Shown piece after piece: positions 60,682 through 64,000 of a stretch of DNA of 64,000 nt. The DNA comes from Nitrospirota bacterium (GTDB taxonomy: Bacteria > Nitrospirota > Nitrospiria > Nitrospirales > NS-4): assembly GCA_963788195.1 (NCBI GenBank), contig CAWBGA010000017.1, forward strand, positions 672,001 to 736,000, in the 5' to 3' direction. How positions within the stretch are numbered: the first letter of the stretch is position 1; every line of letters starts with the position of its first letter. A program made the translations under genes and the position numbers. Below the pieces are notes generated by a model. That model searched no databases, was not told where the DNA came from, and saw nothing but the letters and a program-made list of their open reading frames with translations.

Positions 60682-61683
60682 TTACCATTCAGGCCCGATA
60701 TCGCGCAACATCGTCAGGGTGGTGTCGGCAAGCTGAGCCAGTTTTTTCTCTGTGACCGGCGTACGACGGAACCCCGAGAGCGGACTCTGATCAATAAGGT
60801 CGGGCTTGAGCGGAATCTCGTAGGCGCCATCGATCAGCAGGCGTTGGCCTTCGGGAGACAGGGTAAAATCGATAAACCTCTTCGCCGGCTCCTCATTCGG
60901 GGCCCCTTTCACGAGCGCGATCGCATTGAGATTCAGCATGGTTCCAAGCCCGCCCTCTTCCTGGTCGGGATAGACGACGCCGACTGGATAGCCCTCCTTG
61001 CGGGCCAAAAAGTAATTTGGCGAGTTGGTCAGGCCCACGGTAAACTCTCCACGGCCCACCCCCTGCCAGACATCGGTATTGTCGGGAACGATGCTCAATC
61101 CGTTCTGATACAGCCTCGTCAGGAAGTCGCGCGTAAACCGTTCACCTTTCGACGCAATCAGCGACGATACCCACGATAACGTTGTGCGTTCCCGTGTGCC
61201 GGCAATCACGATTTTCCCCTTCCATATGGGATCTGTCAACTGAAAGACGGACCGAGGTATGTCGTTGGCGGCAACCAATTTCGTGTTGTAGATGATGACC
61301 CGGATGCGAGACGAAATACCGGTCCAACGACCGCCGTTGTCTTTCAAACCTGGTTCCAATTCTTGCGCGGCAGGCGATAGATACGGCTCGAGAATGTTAT
61401 GTTGCGCCAGGATTTCCATAATGCCGGATTCCGTCGAAATAAAGACATCACTCCGCGGCCTCGCCTTCTCCTGAATGAGCTCATTGGCGAGACCCGACGT
61501 CTTGCCGACCTTAAGCCGCACGGTGATGCCGGTCGTTTTCTCAAAAGCCTTCACCACGGGCTTGATGGCACTCTCCTTGCGACCCGAATAGACCACGATG
61601 TCATCCGACGCCAACACCTGCGCCCAACTGGGCACGCCGACCCATTGCAACCCAAGCAACCCGACGACTAGAAGCGCCCTCAC
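60682..61683 (-). CDS. ABC transporter substrate-binding protein (iron-type, FbpA-like)
   Basis: VVYSGR, FEKTTGI, LTDPIWKGKI, AKRFIDFTLSPEGQ, YEIP. Confidence 0.85.
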   Translation of the reverse strand: MRALLVVGLLGLQWVGVPSWAQVLASDDIVVYSGRKESAIKPVVKAFEKTTGITVRLKVGKTSGLANELIQEKARPRSDVFISTESGIMEILAQHNILEPYLSPAAQELEPGLKDNGGRWTGISSRIRVIIYNTKLVAANDIPRSVFQLTDPIWKGKIVIAGTRERTTLSWVSSLIASKGERFTRDFLTRLYQNGLSIVPDNTDVWQGVGRGEFTVGLTNSPNYFLARKEGYPVGVVYPDQEEGGLGTMLNLNAIALVKGAPNEEPAKRFIDFTLSPEGQRLLIDGAYEIPLKPDLIDQSPLSGFRRTPVTEKKLAQLADTTLTMLRDIGPEW

Positions 61684-63857
61684 TTCGTCTCCTGCCAACT
61701 GCGAATGCGGCGGGTCTGGAGTACCCCGTCGATCCGCTCGACCGCTTTGAGCACGCGATCAAGGTGTGCCGTGTTTTGAATCTCCACGATAAAGTGGAAC
61801 AATGCCTTTCGATCTTCGCGGGTGGTAATCTCGGCGCGGCTGATATTTGCTTCCGCGTTCGTGATCGCGGCCGAGACGTTCGCCAGCATGCCCGGCTTGT
61901 CGACCGTTAACGTCGAAATCTTTACCGGCACAGTGGAGGGATGGGCAGTGTCCCAGTCCACTTCCACCAGGCGGGCCTTATCATAGTCCAGGGCATCCAG
62001 GTTCGGGCAGTCCGCTGTATGGATCGTCAGCCCCCGGCCGCGGGTGATGTAGCCGATGATGCGATCGCCGGGCACCGGCGCGCAGCATTTAGACAGCCGC
62101 ATCATGAGATCGTCCACACCGCGGACCTTGACTCGGTCCTCAGTTGCAGGTCGCTTCGCGACTGCCTTATCAACATCCGGCGTCACCTGTTCCGTCGCCG
62201 CCTCTGCTCCCTCCGATGTCAGACGATGAGCAATCTGCGTCGCGGAGACGCGCCCATACCCGATTGAGGCCAAGAGATCGTTCGAATCCGATAATCCCAA
62301 CTCCCGGGCGAGTTCTAGAAAGCGTCCGGTCTTGAGCACGGAGCCGAGCCCAAGATTTTGCCGGCGGAGCTCCCGCTCTAAGAGACGTTTCCCGAGTTCC
62401 AAGCTGTGCTTGGCTTCTTCGATCCTGAGCCAATGTTTGATCTTAGTCTTGGCTCGGGGCGTCTTGACAAACTTGAGCCAGTCTTTGTGTGGGACCTGTC
62501 CCGGCGAGGTCAGAATCTCCACGCTGTCGCCGTTCTTGAGTTGATATTTCAGGGGCGCCATCTTGCCGTTAACTTTCGCGCCGCTGCAGTGATCGCCGAT
62601 CGCCGTGTGAATCGCGTACGCGAAGTCTATGGGGGTGGCCCCCTTGACCAGTTCCTTGACGGCGCCCTTCGGAGTAAAAACGTAGACCACGTCGGAAAAC
62701 AGATTCAGCTTGACGGAATCCATGAACTGACGGTTATCGGTAAGGTCTTGATGCGACTCCAGAAGCTGCCGCAGCCAGCTGAAAACGAGTTTGTCGCGCT
62801 CGTCGATCTCGCCCCGCTCTTTGTAGGTCCAGTGCGCGGCGATGCCTTCCTCCGCCACGCGATGCATCTCGCGGGTACGGATTTGAAACTCGACATGCTC
62901 TCCCTTGGGACCGGCGACGGTTGTGTGCAGCGACTGGTAGTGGTTAGACTTCGGCACCCCGATGTAATCCTTAAATCTCCCCGGGACCGGCCGCCACAGG
63001 GAATGGATGAGTCCCATGATCGCGTAGCAATTCATCTGGGTGTCGGTGATCACCCGAACTGCGGTGAGGTCATAGATCTCCTCGAATGAGATCTCCTGCT
63101 CTTCCATTTTTTGGTAGACGGAGTAGAGATGTTTGGGGCGGCCCATGACATCACCGGCCAACCCGTACTCGGCCAGCTTCGTCTTGACGATGCCGATCAC
63201 ATCCTGGATGTACTGCTCGCGCTCCTCAACGCGTTTGGCGACTCGCGCCGCCAGCGCGGCGTACACATCCGGCTTGAGGGTCTTGAAGCAGAGATCCTCC
63301 AGCTCGCCGCGCATCCACCCGATCCCAAGCCGGTTCGCCAGGGGCGCATAGATCTCGATGGTCTCCTGGGCGATTTTTTGCTGCTGGGTGGGATCAAGAT
63401 GTTCAATCGTCCGCATGTTATGGAGGCGATCCGCAAGCTTGATGAGGATGACCCGGATGTCGTCAGCCATCGAGATCAGCATCTTGCGAAAGTTCTCCGC
63501 CTGCTTCTCCTCATAACTCTTGAAATGGATCTTTCCAATTTTGGTGACGCCCTCCACCAGGCGCGCCACGTCCTTGCCGAATTCTTCCTCGATTTGCGCC
63601 CGGGTACGGAGGGTGTCCTCGATCGTGTCGTGCATGAGACCGGCGACGATGGCCGGTACATCAAGTTTAAGCGCGACCAGAATTTCGGCGACCGCCAGAG
63701 GATGCGCCACATACGGTTCTCCAGAGCGCCGGAGCTGTCCTTCGTGGGCGTGTGCCGAGAACTCATACGCCCGCCGAATCACTTCCACTTGCGCCTCCGG
63801 ATTGTAGCGCCGTACTTTCTCGATGAGTTCGTCGATGCCGATGGCCGTGGTCAGCAT
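61680..63857 (-). CDS. spoT: Bifunctional (p)ppGpp synthetase/hydrolase (RelA/SpoT homologue)
   Basis: HD domain (HDTIED), KLADRLHN, YQSLHT, TGS (FAYAIHT), CC and ACT domains; start ATG 63857. Confidence 0.95.
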   Translation of the reverse strand: MLTTAIGIDELIEKVRRYNPEAQVEVIRRAYEFSAHAHEGQLRRSGEPYVAHPLAVAEILVALKLDVPAIVAGLMHDTIEDTLRTRAQIEEEFGKDVARLVEGVTKIGKIHFKSYEEKQAENFRKMLISMADDIRVILIKLADRLHNMRTIEHLDPTQQQKIAQETIEIYAPLANRLGIGWMRGELEDLCFKTLKPDVYAALAARVAKRVEEREQYIQDVIGIVKTKLAEYGLAGDVMGRPKHLYSVYQKMEEQEISFEEIYDLTAVRVITDTQMNCYAIMGLIHSLWRPVPGRFKDYIGVPKSNHYQSLHTTVAGPKGEHVEFQIRTREMHRVAEEGIAAHWTYKERGEIDERDKLVFSWLRQLLESHQDLTDNRQFMDSVKLNLFSDVVYVFTPKGAVKELVKGATPIDFAYAIHTAIGDHCSGAKVNGKMAPLKYQLKNGDSVEILTSPGQVPHKDWLKFVKTPRAKTKIKHWLRIEEAKHSLELGKRLLERELRRQNLGLGSVLKTGRFLELARELGLSDSNDLLASIGYGRVSATQIAHRLTSEGAEAATEQVTPDVDKAVAKRPATEDRVKVRGVDDLMMRLSKCCAPVPGDRIIGYITRGRGLTIHTADCPNLDALDYDKARLVEVDWDTAHPSTVPVKISTLTVDKPGMLANVSAAITNAEANISRAEITTREDRKALFHFIVEIQNTAHLDRVLKAVERIDGVLQTRRIRSWQETK

Positions 63858-64000
63858 GAGACGACATCCCCACATTGACTCGGCCGCACGTCCTTGAGGA
63901 GACCTTCCGTCAGCGCACGTCGGGCATGGTCATTAGAAGGCCGGATATGCCATTGCCTGAAGGCTGGAGAGAGCATGCAATTTACCTACGTACAATCAAC

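Noticed and set aside
63851..64000. 3' end of an upstream gene (LKDVRPSQ..., RecJ-like ending)
   Set aside because: Too short, with an in-frame stop upstream within the window; it cannot be supported.

Overview
Positions 1 to ~58,600 form an accessory, island-like region that abuts intact housekeeping genes (glgA, an ABC substrate-binding protein, relA/spoT). The gene style resembles Nitrospirota, but this is inference only. Almost all genes lie on the minus strand. The main hidden structure is a dense sigma-54 regulon: nine promoters share one architecture, namely a -24/-12 box (TGGAAC-N5-TTGC), usually an IHF-like site, and a tandem pair of 16-bp palindromes (consensus TGCCGA-N4-TCGGCA, 18-20 bp apart) starting 97-121 bp from the -24 box. 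A tenth sigma-54 promoter with different upstream sites drives a STAS protein and a sensor-less enhancer-binding protein (bEBP). It sits just downstream of a membrane/PAS bEBP with a different HTH, which suggests a cascade. Three FhlA-like HTH proteins sharing the KRTTLQ recognition helix are candidate readers of the motif: a 2xGAF bEBP, the sensor-less bEBP and an HTH-only deletion derivative. Putative targets are Dps, SDR, aldo-keto reductase, CBS, BON and NmrA proteins, DedA proteins, two RND pumps, a fused cbb3-type oxidase, and a selenocysteine formate dehydrogenase operon (fdnGHI-fdhE-selA-selB-selC-selD plus a Tat transglutaminase-like gene). The island also holds many internal-deletion relics and frameshifts, whereas the core genes have none. 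Family assignments come from motif recognition by eye, not database searches.
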